DNA from: a virus
Taxonomy: Duplodnaviria > Caudoviricetes
DNA length: 64,000 nt
Virus record (IMG/VR): IMGVR_UViG_3300019124_000001
Location: 99,788-163,787 of that record
Direction: 5' to 3' (one strand)
How positions within the stretch are numbered: the stretch's first letter is position 1; each line of letters begins with the position of its first letter. A model generated the notes under the pieces. The model was not told where the DNA came from. It did no database searches and saw nothing but the letters and a program-made list of their open reading frames with translations. Below, in pieces: positions 18,298 to 27,462 of this stretch. A program made the translations under genes and the position numbers.

Positions 18298-18465
18298 TTG
18301 GCTGAGTCAAAAGCTAAACGTTTGCGTAAAAAAATGAGTCGCGAAGGAAAACTAGACCCGTCAATTAAGCGACATGGCTGGAACGGCGTAAATCCCGTAC
18401 AGCGTGTAAAACATCATTCAAAGCGGCGTCTGATTGAAGAAGCTCAAAAGAGAGATGAGTACTAA
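18298..18465 (+). CDS. 55-aa BrfA-like alternative ribosome rescue factor candidate
   Basis: MAESKAKRLRKKMSREGKLDPSIKRHGWNGVNPVQRVKHHSKRRLIEEAQKRDEY; basic N-terminus resembles Bacillus BrfA (YqkK) as recalled; TTG start after GGTGA. Confidence 0.6.
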   Translation: MAESKAKRLRKKMSREGKLDPSIKRHGWNGVNPVQRVKHHSKRRLIEEAQKRDEY

Positions 18466-18542
18466 GGTAACCGATGTGAATTTTTCAACATAGAACTAAC
18501 CGTTGTCGGAGTCTCCCAATATATTAGCAGAGGTGAACAATT

Positions 18543-18836
18543 GTGGAAGAAAAACTCGTTGACATTAACCTGCATCAAGATACCACTGGATTCACTCTTT
18601 CTTTATGGTTTGATGATGAATTTATGCCCAAGATAGATATAGCGGAAATTCTTGGCGTAAACATGCCTTTTGGTGATGAATATGTACATTTCATTGGCGA
18701 AGTGATCCGCAGAAATATGGTTGCTTGCGTTGATGGTGGCAAACCAAAAGTAATGGATGTTAAGTACGTCAACAGTCAACGCGCATTCACGATCAATGTT
18801 GATGGGAAAAAAGTTGGCGGCTATATTTTGAACTAA
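18543..18836 (+). CDS. Hypothetical protein
   Basis: 97 aa, GAGGTG RBS. Confidence 0.6.
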   Translation: MEEKLVDINLHQDTTGFTLSLWFDDEFMPKIDIAEILGVNMPFGDEYVHFIGEVIRRNMVACVDGGKPKVMDVKYVNSQRAFTINVDGKKVGGYILN

Positions 18837-18867
18837 TAAACAACAACTATGTATGGAGGTTTTGATC

Positions 18868-18930
18868 TTGGAGTTGAATTATGAAAAAGAAGCGGAAGCG
18901 CAATCCGAAATAGAGGAGTTTGAATACTAA
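18868..18930 (+). CDS. 20-aa acidic peptide
   Basis: GGAGGT RBS fused to repeat box; MELNYEKEAEAQSEIEEFEY; stop overlaps next ATG. Confidence 0.4.
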   Translation: MELNYEKEAEAQSEIEEFEY

Positions 18931-19262
18931 TGGCACGTTACCGAAAACTGTTGGGCAAGATTCTTAGAGCAGAGTTCGGCATGAATCAAAATGGAGAGAT
19001 GGGCTATTGTCTCTTTCTCCATTTTGGTAATCGTGGTTCGTTGGTATATGGGCTGTATGACGATAGCAGTACAATTGGATCAGAGATTCCGCAAATCTGG
19101 TACAATATGCAAAGATTTCTGACGGACGCAAAGGTTCAATACGTATCTCAACTGACTGGCATCCCCGTTGAAGTAGAACAATACGAAGATGGAACTGTCA
19201 GAAATATCAGAATCTTGACAGAAGTCATGGAGGAGAAACCAAGATGGCTAAACTCACGCTAA
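18930..19262 (+). CDS. Hypothetical phage protein
   Basis: 110 aa, GAGGAG RBS. Confidence 0.7.
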   Translation: MARYRKLLGKILRAEFGMNQNGEMGYCLFLHFGNRGSLVYGLYDDSSTIGSEIPQIWYNMQRFLTDAKVQYVSQLTGIPVEVEQYEDGTVRNIRILTEVMEEKPRWLNSR

Positions 19263-19639
19263 TTTGTGGCAAGGCGAGAAAAGCAGATTTCATGCAACAA
19301 CTATATCGTGGCGATAAAACAAAAGACAAATTACTTCTTGACCTTGTAGGTTATCACGCATTTGAAGTAGATCGCTATTTCGGTGGGAGATTTGAAACTC
19401 TTGAAGACGTTAAGGCAATTTTGGAAGAATTGTCTAAATATTCTTCAGTACATGGCAATAAGATCGAGACATTATACATCTATGGAAACTTCCCTGCTGA
19501 CTGGAAGCAAGAGTTGAGAGAAATTTTAAGCAAAACATATCATATTCGAAACTTCGTTGTTACTATTCAAGAAGACGTGACAAATGTCAACATGGATAGC
19601 GATTATGAGTTTCGGGTAGAAAATTACTATCATATCTAG
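19244..19639 (+). CDS. Hypothetical protein
   Basis: 131 aa, GGAGG RBS. Confidence 0.65.
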   Translation: MAKLTLICGKARKADFMQQLYRGDKTKDKLLLDLVGYHAFEVDRYFGGRFETLEDVKAILEELSKYSSVHGNKIETLYIYGNFPADWKQELREILSKTYHIRNFVVTIQEDVTNVNMDSDYEFRVENYYHI

Positions 19640-19647
19640 GAGAAACC

Positions 19648-19959
19648 ATGATGGCTAAAAAACAATTAGAGATTCCTTTCGATAGGAACGGAAATCCGCT
19701 TTCTTATGATGATCGACTTAAAGTGCATGACTACCGTGCGAACTACGAATTTGTAACTACTATGCGAGTCGTTGATATGAGTCGTGGTCGAAGTGCGGCA
19801 AACTTCACGCTTAAAGACGAAAAAGGAATTGAATACAATATGTTTATGAAAGACATGTTATATCTGATTCAAAATTGCATTATTGACAAGGGTGTAGTCT
19901 CTGGTAAGTGGACTTTTGTCAAGCGTGGCAATAATTATGGAATTATGCTTATTGAATAG
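19648..19959 (+). CDS. Hypothetical phage protein
   Basis: 103 aa, AGGAG RBS. Confidence 0.7.
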   Translation: MMAKKQLEIPFDRNGNPLSYDDRLKVHDYRANYEFVTTMRVVDMSRGRSAANFTLKDEKGIEYNMFMKDMLYLIQNCIIDKGVVSGKWTFVKRGNNYGIMLIE

Positions 19960-19970
19960 GGGCGGAAAAA

Positions 19971-20924
19971 ATGAAAGAAATTAAAATAGTCAGCCTATTC
20001 TCTGGTGTAGGAGGGTTGGACTACGGTTTTCATAAATATCCACAAGCAAAATTTGTTTTCGCAAATGATATAAACGAGTTTGCATGTTACACATATCACT
20101 CGTACTTCGGTTTCAAGCCTATGTGTGCTGATATTGAACACGTGGACATCAACATGATTCCAGAGTGCGATCTTGTGATTGCAGGAAGTCCAAACAATGG
20201 ATTTAGCGTCGAAAATCAGATTAACAACTCTGTCAATCATCCATCCAATAAGTTGGTTGCCAAATTTGTTGAGATAGTCAAAATCAAAAATCCAAATGTG
20301 TTCATATTTGAAAATGTACCAGAGATTATGACAGTTGGTGGCGGCAAATACGCTCGATTCATCACAGAATCACTGTCCGATTATCATATTGAAATATATG
20401 AGGTCAACGCTTTGAATTATAGTGTTCCACAAAAACGAACAAGCGTCTTATTTGTTGGAAGCAAGATTGGACGGATTGAACGTCCAGTTCAAGATACTGT
20501 GACGTATACTGTCAGAGATGCCTTCGAAGGAATTCATAGCGGCATTCCAAATCAATCTGACGTAAATCCACATCGGAAGATTACTCTTGAACGAATGTCT
20601 TATGTACCAGCAGGGGGAAACATTAACGACATTCCAGAGGAGTTGCGACCGAAAGGCAATCACAGCGACCGCTATCGTCGATTAGAGTATGATAAGCCAA
20701 GCATAACAATTGCCAATCCACGAAAAGCTGTTATATTGCATCCCTTGCATGACAGAATCTTAACTGTTAGAGAATGTGCGAGAATCCAATCTTTCCCTGA
20801 CGATTTCTTGTTCTACGGTAGCTTGGATGAAAGACAGCAATTTGTCGCGAATGCATTTCCTCCGCGTCTCAGTGTTAAAATTGCTGATGTAGTGATGAAA
20901 GCATTTAATGAGAAATTAGATTAA
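19971..20924 (+). CDS. DNA cytosine-5 methyltransferase homologue lacking the catalytic Cys
   Basis: Motif I LFSGVGG, VI FENV, IX-X RECARIQSFP...NAFPP; motif IV reads GSPNNGFS instead of GxPCxxFS. Confidence 0.85.
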   Translation: MKEIKIVSLFSGVGGLDYGFHKYPQAKFVFANDINEFACYTYHSYFGFKPMCADIEHVDINMIPECDLVIAGSPNNGFSVENQINNSVNHPSNKLVAKFVEIVKIKNPNVFIFENVPEIMTVGGGKYARFITESLSDYHIEIYEVNALNYSVPQKRTSVLFVGSKIGRIERPVQDTVTYTVRDAFEGIHSGIPNQSDVNPHRKITLERMSYVPAGGNINDIPEELRPKGNHSDRYRRLEYDKPSITIANPRKAVILHPLHDRILTVRECARIQSFPDDFLFYGSLDERQQFVANAFPPRLSVKIADVVMKAFNEKLD

Positions 20925-21317
20925 ACAAAAATTTTATCTAAGGAGAGATCAACTTGAAGGCTCACGAGGCTATTTTTCAAGTCAAATGCGTCAATCAAGG
21001 CAATAATTCCTCTATCTATGTCAACGGAATTTATGATGTTTTCAAAGAAGTCGGTGGATACTACTTAATTATCAATGCACGTGGCAATATGTGCGAGTAT
21101 CCAAAAGAGTTGTTCGAACGAATAAAAATTACGCCTAACGTTGACACGATTGGTCTACTGATCGAGCAAGCATTTCAGCAAAGCCGAAACGAACTTATTC
21201 GCATTCTGGAAAGCGAAACACTAGATGGTATCCAAAAAGCAACTGATGACTTTGTTTATCTCCACAAACTTCGCCAATCTGCGAAGAGATAGTTAGATGA
21301 AATCTCACTTTTATCAA
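20917..21317 (+). repeat. Two palindromic sites bracketing one gene
   Basis: TAGATTAAA-CAAAAA-TTTTATCTA (20917-20940) and TAGATGAAA-TCTCAC-TTTTATCAA (21294-21317). Confidence 0.8.
20954..21292 (+). CDS. Hypothetical protein (SH3-like N-terminus), site-bounded
   Basis: AAGGAG RBS directly after site. Confidence 0.65.
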   Translation: MKAHEAIFQVKCVNQGNNSSIYVNGIYDVFKEVGGYYLIINARGNMCEYPKELFERIKITPNVDTIGLLIEQAFQQSRNELIRILESETLDGIQKATDDFVYLHKLRQSAKR

Positions 21318-21353
21318 ATAGTAAAACTATAGAATACATCACAGGGGAGAATA

Positions 21354-22781
21354 ATGTTGGCAACCAAAAGTGAACTCGCGCATTTTTGCGTCACATTCAT
21401 CGACAAAAATAATATTGCGCATGTTATATGTTCTTGTGGAGCAGAGCAACCATGCGCCAATATCAAGACTTACCATATCTTTGATAAAAAGTCTAAATCA
21501 TTCGTTCATCTGCAACTAATTGAAAAATCTCGCTACCATTTTAAGATGTTGCGCGTTCGTGTAATGGTCAACGTAAATCGTATTAAGAACACGATTTCAT
21601 GGAAAACTGAGCGAGAATTTGTTTTGAATTACAACTTCTCTGATCGAAGTATGACTTTGTTTCTAGATAACGAAGAGATCGAATGTGACATTGACAACTT
21701 GAACAAGTTCTTCGTTGGTGTTGTCGAAAACGATTTCTACAGAGTGCTTGACGATCAGCGAATGGAAGAATTGATTCGATTCGCTTTTAACCATTTGGTT
21801 TCCAATGAATATGCTTATCGCAGAGATCGTTGGGGATACCAGCGGCGAGTTTTGGTACAGCGAGTTCCTACTGTAGCAAAAGCGTTGATAAAATTCATGA
21901 GCCAGCACAGAACGAAGGCAATCGAAATCTTACATGCTTGTGGATTTAATGCCAGAACTGTTGATCTTGTAAGTGGTGAACTTGACTTAAACGCAAGCAA
22001 GCCGCACGAAATCTTCAATACTCCGAAATATCTCGTTTCTCTTTTTAAAGATTTGGGTAGTCATCTGACTAAAAAGACCATCAATTCATTGCGTCAATTA
22101 GATAGTATTTTTGATGGCAACACCGTCAAACAATTGGTGCAAATTGCAAGCGAAGAAGCCAACGGGATTCCGACTCTGGTAGGCTTAACGCCTAATTTGC
22201 TAGAATTGCGCGATTTGGGATACAGGGATGTTCGTCGCCTGTTCTTGTATCTAGTGCGCGAAGTAAAGTTGTCTCAGGGGATTAGTGACCCAATACATGC
22301 GGCAAATCTTTTGCATGATTACGTTCGCATGATGCGTGATATGGAGCTAAATTATAGCAAATACAGTAAGAGCTTAAAATTACATCATGACGTAGCTATG
22401 ATGAACCACAATGTATTATTGGACGCTCAGACGATGCAAGCATTTTTGGATTCCGTAGAGAGTTACAAGCACCTTGAGTTCCATAAAAAGTCAGAAGACC
22501 TGTGCATTCTTGTTCCTAAGAGCGCGAAAGACATCATTGACGAAGGAAGTTCATTGAACCACTGTGTTGCATCGTATGTAAATGATGTCGTCAAAAACAA
22601 GTGTCAAATCCTCTTTTTGCGACATAAGAAGTTTCCGAAACAGTCTCTTGTGACAATCGAGGTTCGTGATCACAGTATTCGTCAAGTGCGTGGACAGCAA
22701 AACCGCAGAGCAACAAATTCCGAGATGAGTTTTGTTCGAATGTGGGCAGACGAACGAAATCTTGTTTTAGCTTGTCATTAA
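21354..22781 (+). CDS. PcfJ-domain protein
   Basis: C-terminal DYVRM...LKLHHD...EGSSLNHCVASY...ILFLR...TIEV...Q.RG..N. Confidence 0.85.
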   Translation: MLATKSELAHFCVTFIDKNNIAHVICSCGAEQPCANIKTYHIFDKKSKSFVHLQLIEKSRYHFKMLRVRVMVNVNRIKNTISWKTEREFVLNYNFSDRSMTLFLDNEEIECDIDNLNKFFVGVVENDFYRVLDDQRMEELIRFAFNHLVSNEYAYRRDRWGYQRRVLVQRVPTVAKALIKFMSQHRTKAIEILHACGFNARTVDLVSGELDLNASKPHEIFNTPKYLVSLFKDLGSHLTKKTINSLRQLDSIFDGNTVKQLVQIASEEANGIPTLVGLTPNLLELRDLGYRDVRRLFLYLVREVKLSQGISDPIHAANLLHDYVRMMRDMELNYSKYSKSLKLHHDVAMMNHNVLLDAQTMQAFLDSVESYKHLEFHKKSEDLCILVPKSAKDIIDEGSSLNHCVASYVNDVVKNKCQILFLRHKKFPKQSLVTIEVRDHSIRQVRGQQNRRATNSEMSFVRMWADERNLVLACH

Positions 22782-22805
22782 AATAAACAAAGGGGATAAC
22801 CAACA

Positions 22806-23066
22806 ATGAAAATCGAAATTCCTGACAACTCTTTCATTACTGAAATTGAATTCGGTGATATTGTCGAAATTTTGAATGGCGGTGTTTATATTGTCATGAA
22901 AGAACATGATGGAATGGCTTCCTTGCGTTCTTTCGACGGTGTACATTATTACTGCGAACCGCTTCCATTAGAACGACTCTTCTCCAAGTTGTCTCATCGT
23001 ACTCGTGGTATTAACATCCTGAAAGCGAACCAGTTCAAGCTCAAACTCGTTCCGATCAACGAATAG
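22806..23066 (+). CDS. Hypothetical protein
   Basis: 86 aa, AAGGGG RBS. Confidence 0.6.
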   Translation: MKIEIPDNSFITEIEFGDIVEILNGGVYIVMKEHDGMASLRSFDGVHYYCEPLPLERLFSKLSHRTRGINILKANQFKLKLVPINE

Positions 23067-23080
23067 AAAGTTGGTGCGCA

Positions 23081-23446
23081 ATGCACATCACAGTTGAACC
23101 AAATCTGAACAAAGGCGAAACGCGGTTGTCCATGTATCGTGTTACGGTATTGGACGACCAATCTAATATGACAACTTGCTTCGTGCCTATCTGTTACCTA
23201 AAAGAACAATATGCTAGTTATAAAAGTGGATACGCAGGAGCGACGATATTTGAAGCACCTCTGGAATGGGAAAACCCCGATGCAGTTCGAACGTGGTTGC
23301 TAGACGACCCTGTTGGCAAAGCATATCTCGAAGAAATTCTGCCAATTTTTGCTTGGAATGGCGAACCCGAAGAATTCGAAGATAGACTCAGACGTATCGA
23401 AAAATCTCTCGAAGAAGTCGAAAAATGGGAGGACTTAGAGTGGTAA
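23081..23446 (+). CDS. Hypothetical protein
   Basis: 121 aa ORF in operon. Confidence 0.6.
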   Translation: MHITVEPNLNKGETRLSMYRVTVLDDQSNMTTCFVPICYLKEQYASYKSGYAGATIFEAPLEWENPDAVRTWLLDDPVGKAYLEEILPIFAWNGEPEEFEDRLRRIEKSLEEVEKWEDLEW

Positions 23447-23880
23447 AAGCATTGAAACAATTTCGTATTGTGAATGCAGACGGAAAGGTACATGCCAAGG
23501 GTGTTGTACTTCCGTCTGGACGAACTTTGCACGAGACGCTTGGCGCTATGCCGCAACAGATTCGCACACAAAACCTCGAAGCAGTTCGAATCATCGAATC
23601 AGAATACGGAAGAACTGTTGAACTGATCGAGGACGAACAGGCTATCCGAGAATATTACTTCGAACGCATTAAGGATATTTCTGGTCAATCTGGAATCGGT
23701 GTCGTTGTACGAGGCGGTGTATTTCCGTCTGGCGTAGCAATGCACGAGTGGATTCCGTCTGGTGCACAGTCTGTCAATATTTACGATAATGCCAAGCAAG
23801 CACAAGAAACGCATGGACACAATGGAGCAACACTTATGAAATTTGTTGACAAAGATGGCTTGCCGCCAATCGAAGAATAG
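23440..23880 (+). CDS. Hypothetical phage protein
   Basis: GGAGG RBS, GTG start; D.SG.SG.G.V..G..F.SG...W and HGHNG motifs. Confidence 0.7.
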   Translation: MVKALKQFRIVNADGKVHAKGVVLPSGRTLHETLGAMPQQIRTQNLEAVRIIESEYGRTVELIEDEQAIREYYFERIKDISGQSGIGVVVRGGVFPSGVAMHEWIPSGAQSVNIYDNAKQAQETHGHNGATLMKFVDKDGLPPIEE

Positions 23881-23883
23881 GAG

Positions 23884-24117
23884 ATGCACAAAATGCGCAA
23901 TAAAATGATTGCAACCATAGTTGGCGCAGGGTTGATAGGTTCAATTGTATTTTTGTCGATGATTAAAGCAATGGGGGTAGCATTATTCTTTATTCTTGTT
24001 GCGATATTAGGCGTTCTAATCTCTTATTTGGTAGGTTTTTTAGCTTGCGTTATCCTTGTTTTGATCTTTGATGGAACGAGATTTGCACGTTGGATTACGG
24101 AAAATATTTTGGATTAA
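23884..24117 (+). CDS. Membrane protein
   Basis: Two long hydrophobic segments. Confidence 0.6.
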   Translation: MHKMRNKMIATIVGAGLIGSIVFLSMIKAMGVALFFILVAILGVLISYLVGFLACVILVLIFDGTRFARWITENILD

Positions 24118-24136
24118 AGGGAGGCTAGAAGCAAAT

Positions 24137-25447
24137 ATGAATGACGCACATGTAGAAATGGCTTTTGCTGTAATTGATCAGCTTTTATCTACGCGTTCTG
24201 GAAAACAGAAACAAGGTATTCTTGCGCAACATATCCCGAAAAACAGGGTACTTATGAGTCTGCTGTTTATGGGTTTTAATGAATTCTTGACTTACAATAT
24301 TAAACAGAAGCCAAAAGTTGCGCCACAGGGGACAGGATTGAGTATCGCTCGTTTCATAGAATTCATGCACTTACTTGCCGATCTTGACCAGCGTGTTATT
24401 ACTGGCAACGAAGCGAAGAAAGTGGTCGCAGAATACTTTTCAAAATGTTCCGAACAAGAGTTTAATGTCTATTGGGCAATCATGAAAAAAGACTGGAAGA
24501 TTGGTCTATCTGCTAAAACCGTTAATGAGGTATACGATTTCATTCCATTTTACGAGTGCATGTTGGCTCATCCGTTTGAAGAAAAACGTTTGAATAAGGG
24601 TAGGCAGTATATTCTAGACAAGAAGCTGGACGGCTTTCGGATTAACGCATACCACGATCTAGATGGAAAAATCTACCTATTATCCCGCAATGGTCACAAG
24701 ATTGAGGGCTTCGATGGAGTAGAAATGGCGCTCAGTCATCTCCCGAAAGGGTATATGTATGATGGAGAACTTATGGCTCCTTCTGGTAAATTTAACGACA
24801 TGCAGACTCTTGCGTTTAAGGATGAACGCAATAAAGAGGCTGTGTTTCACATCTTTGATGTATTGCCTATTGAAGAATTTAAAGCTGGAAAATCAAAACA
24901 TACATTGCGTCAACGAAAAGAATTTCTTGAAGACAAAGGAGTTACAGGTGCAATATTTCAATCTGCGATTAATACGCTTGCAAAGTATGACTTAGTATGT
25001 ATTGAATTGGTCGAATATCAAGTCATAACCTACGAAGGACAAGAAACACTTGACAAAATCATGGCTATCTATCATCAACATCTGTCCGAAGGACTAGAGG
25101 GGACAATGGTCAAGGATGCCGATAGCTATTACCAATGCAAACGAAGTCACTCAATTCTGAAAATAAAGCCAAGCGAATCAATCGACGTTATTGTAGTTGA
25201 TATGTATGAAGGCAAGCAGGATTCCAAGTATGAAGGTATGCTTGGAGGTCTGATTTGTGATTGGAATGGCGTTCGCGTCAAAGTTGGCGGTGGGTTTAGC
25301 GACAAACAACGTTCGGACTGGTGGAAAAATCCAAATCTAATAGTAGGTAAGACCATTGAGGTTCTAATTACCGAATATACTCAAAACAAGGAAGGCAACA
25401 ATAATTTGCGTTTCGGACGCTTCAAAAAGGTGCGTCTCGACAAATGA
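24137..25447 (+). CDS. ATP-dependent DNA ligase
   Basis: KLDGFR adenylation motif, YDGEL, IFDVL, EGTMVK, LKIK, LRFGRF. Confidence 0.93.
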   Translation: MNDAHVEMAFAVIDQLLSTRSGKQKQGILAQHIPKNRVLMSLLFMGFNEFLTYNIKQKPKVAPQGTGLSIARFIEFMHLLADLDQRVITGNEAKKVVAEYFSKCSEQEFNVYWAIMKKDWKIGLSAKTVNEVYDFIPFYECMLAHPFEEKRLNKGRQYILDKKLDGFRINAYHDLDGKIYLLSRNGHKIEGFDGVEMALSHLPKGYMYDGELMAPSGKFNDMQTLAFKDERNKEAVFHIFDVLPIEEFKAGKSKHTLRQRKEFLEDKGVTGAIFQSAINTLAKYDLVCIELVEYQVITYEGQETLDKIMAIYHQHLSEGLEGTMVKDADSYYQCKRSHSILKIKPSESIDVIVVDMYEGKQDSKYEGMLGGLICDWNGVRVKVGGGFSDKQRSDWWKNPNLIVGKTIEVLITEYTQNKEGNNNLRFGRFKKVRLDK

Positions 25448-25644
25448 GAGTCTTTGCAAACATCGTAGCTTTCGTACTCTTGCTAATTGTGGCTTTTCCG
25501 CTATTCATTGCGGCAATTTACAGCTATCGCGACCCTTTGCCGCAAATCATTTCGATAGGTATTGCAATCACAATCATCATGTTGTTGTATCTTTCATACG
25601 ATCTGACGATTGGAAAAGCGATTGACAGACGAATGAAAAGATGA
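25444..25644 (+). CDS. Small membrane protein
   Basis: Two TM segments. Confidence 0.55.
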   Translation: MRVFANIVAFVLLLIVAFPLFIAAIYSYRDPLPQIISIGIAITIIMLLYLSYDLTIGKAIDRRMKR

Positions 25645-25715
25645 TATACTGATAGTAGTGGGGGAGGTCTTTCGATCTTTCCCACAAACAATAACTATGT
25701 ATGGTGGTGAACAGG

Positions 25716-26288
25716 TTGGCGCAGTTATATTTCAGATATGGAGTTGTAGAAGCGGGGAAGTCTTTTGACACTCATAAAGTCCACTACAGCTATAGTAAGC
25801 GCGGCAAAAAGGTACTTCTGTTTGTTCCTGACGAAGCAGGAGAAGTAGTTTCCACTAGATTTATGGGACTTGAATTGGAAGCGAATATCATAAATCACGA
25901 CATTGTTAGCGTGGTATGGTCTGAACAGCCAGAATGTGTGATAGTAGACGAGGCTCAATTCTTGACCAAGGATGATGTACTTCGATTGACTCTAATTGCT
26001 GACGAATATAACATCCCCGTAATCTGTTATGGACTGTTGACAGACTTCAAGGCAGAATTATTTGACGGAGCCAAGGCTTTGATCGAGTATGCAGATAAGC
26101 TAGAAGAAATCAAGTCTGTTTGCGCATACTGCAACAAAAAGGCAAGATTCAACATGAGAACGTTAAATGGCAAGCCTGTATTCGAAGGTGAAGTGATTTC
26201 GAAAGATAAGAGTCAATATGTTCCTGTATGCAGGAAGTGTTATCGAAAAGCATGTCAACATGGAAGGGTGAAAAATTTTGAACAATAA
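25716..26288 (+). CDS. tdk: Thymidine kinase
   Basis: YG...AGKS P-loop, VDEAQF, CYGL.TDF, Zn-binding CAYC/CRKC. Confidence 0.93.
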   Translation: MAQLYFRYGVVEAGKSFDTHKVHYSYSKRGKKVLLFVPDEAGEVVSTRFMGLELEANIINHDIVSVVWSEQPECVIVDEAQFLTKDDVLRLTLIADEYNIPVICYGLLTDFKAELFDGAKALIEYADKLEEIKSVCAYCNKKARFNMRTLNGKPVFEGEVISKDKSQYVPVCRKCYRKACQHGRVKNFEQ

Positions 26289-26646
26289 AATGGAGTTTCG
26301 AATTAATGACTTGGTGATGTACGCTGGCAGAAGTGAGTTCTTCAAAGTAGTTGGTCAAGCCTACCACGAGCGCGTATCCAATCCGTCAGACGGAATCAGC
26401 GGTAAAAAAGAGCGAGTATACCATCTAATAGCGATTGGGAACGATTTGCCATTCGTCGGCAAACCAGAACACATGATCCTATTGCTGTCCAATGAAACAA
26501 ATTTTGAAAAGAACTATATGAAAGCCGTTGATCAGCTTTTAGACACCTACAATTTGTATTTGTCGATCTACGAACAGTTTCAAGATGAAAAGTATAAGCG
26601 AGGAGCGGAAGGAATCATGTGCTTACTTCGCTCCAATGTTAGGTAG
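26278..26646 (+). CDS. Hypothetical protein (IDEAL-like C-terminus)
   Basis: VDQLLD.YN.Y...YEQF.DEKY pattern. Confidence 0.6.
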   Translation: MNNKMEFRINDLVMYAGRSEFFKVVGQAYHERVSNPSDGISGKKERVYHLIAIGNDLPFVGKPEHMILLLSNETNFEKNYMKAVDQLLDTYNLYLSIYEQFQDEKYKRGAEGIMCLLRSNVR

Positions 26647-26808
26647 CACAATGTCATGTATAATAACAAGGAAAATATCCGAACAGTAGAAAAGGTTTAT
26701 GTGCCAATGTGGTCGTCTCTAAATGGAGCTACTATGATTTATTTGGATATTTGGCACGAAGACCTTTATTCTCATATTGACAAACAACAACTATGTATGG
26801 AGGACACC

Positions 26809-27462
26809 ATGCCCATTGTAAACTTACGAGTTAAGCGTTCTATCGAAGAACAAAAACAATTAGATGCAAAATTGATCGCAGAGAATAAGAAAAATGAGAC
26901 GAACGCCGTTTTCAAGGGAAAAAAGAAGATCGAACAGATTGCTCAAACATTTGAAAATGAACGCCTTTCGCATGAACGCAAATATACTCGTATCCAAATT
27001 TGGACTGACGGTGCTGTGTCTGGAAACGGCAAACAAAACGTTGGTGGTGGTGGATATGGCGCAGTTCTCTTATACGGTGGAATAGAGCAAGAATTGTATT
27101 ACTACGATACAAGCCATGACGCTACAAATCAGACAATGGAAATGTATGCAGTAATTATGGCTTTGTCCGAACTGAAGACAAAGAACATCCCTGTAGACAT
27201 TTATTCTGATTCTGGATACATTGTCGATTGTTTTAACGAAAAATGGTATGTATCTTGGCAACTGAACGGTTGGATGAACAGCCAAAATAAACCTGTTGCC
27301 AATCAAGAATTATGGGAATTAATGATAGCTCTCGTAAACGAACAGAAAGAGGTCACTTGGAATAAAGTGAATGGTCATATTGGGTGTGCACTCAACGAAC
27401 GTGCAGATAGATTGGCAGTAATGGGTAAAAAGATGGCTTTGGAGGTTGGCAATGATGTATAG
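26809..27462 (+). CDS. rnhA: Ribonuclease HI
   Basis: WTDG, TNQTME, YSDS.Y, N.ELW, V.GH, NERAD; ATG 26809 after repeat box plus GGAGG. Confidence 0.92.
   Translation: MPIVNLRVKRSIEEQKQLDAKLIAENKKNETNAVFKGKKKIEQIAQTFENERLSHERKYTRIQIWTDGAVSGNGKQNVGGGGYGAVLLYGGIEQELYYYDTSHDATNQTMEMYAVIMALSELKTKNIPVDIYSDSGYIVDCFNEKWYVSWQLNGWMNSQNKPVANQELWELMIALVNEQKEVTWNKVNGHIGCALNERADRLAVMGKKMALEVGNDV

Larger units (their letters stand above)
80..26800 (+). repeat. Dispersed direct repeat ACAAACAA(C/T)AACTATGTATGG, 12 copies
   Basis: Copies at about 80, 503, 1273, 2029, 7716, 8521 (partial), 10542, 17324, 18149, 18838, 25684, 26780; all + strand and upstream of gene starts. Confidence 0.95.

Noticed and set aside
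80-26800. Repeat box as a CRISPR array
   Set aside because: Copies are separated by whole genes at irregular distances and no cas genes are present
26656-26808. N-terminal extension of RNase H given by the ORF track
   Set aside because: Repeat box plus GGAGG points to ATG 26809; the same over-extension applies to track starts at 520, 1290, 10469 and 25701
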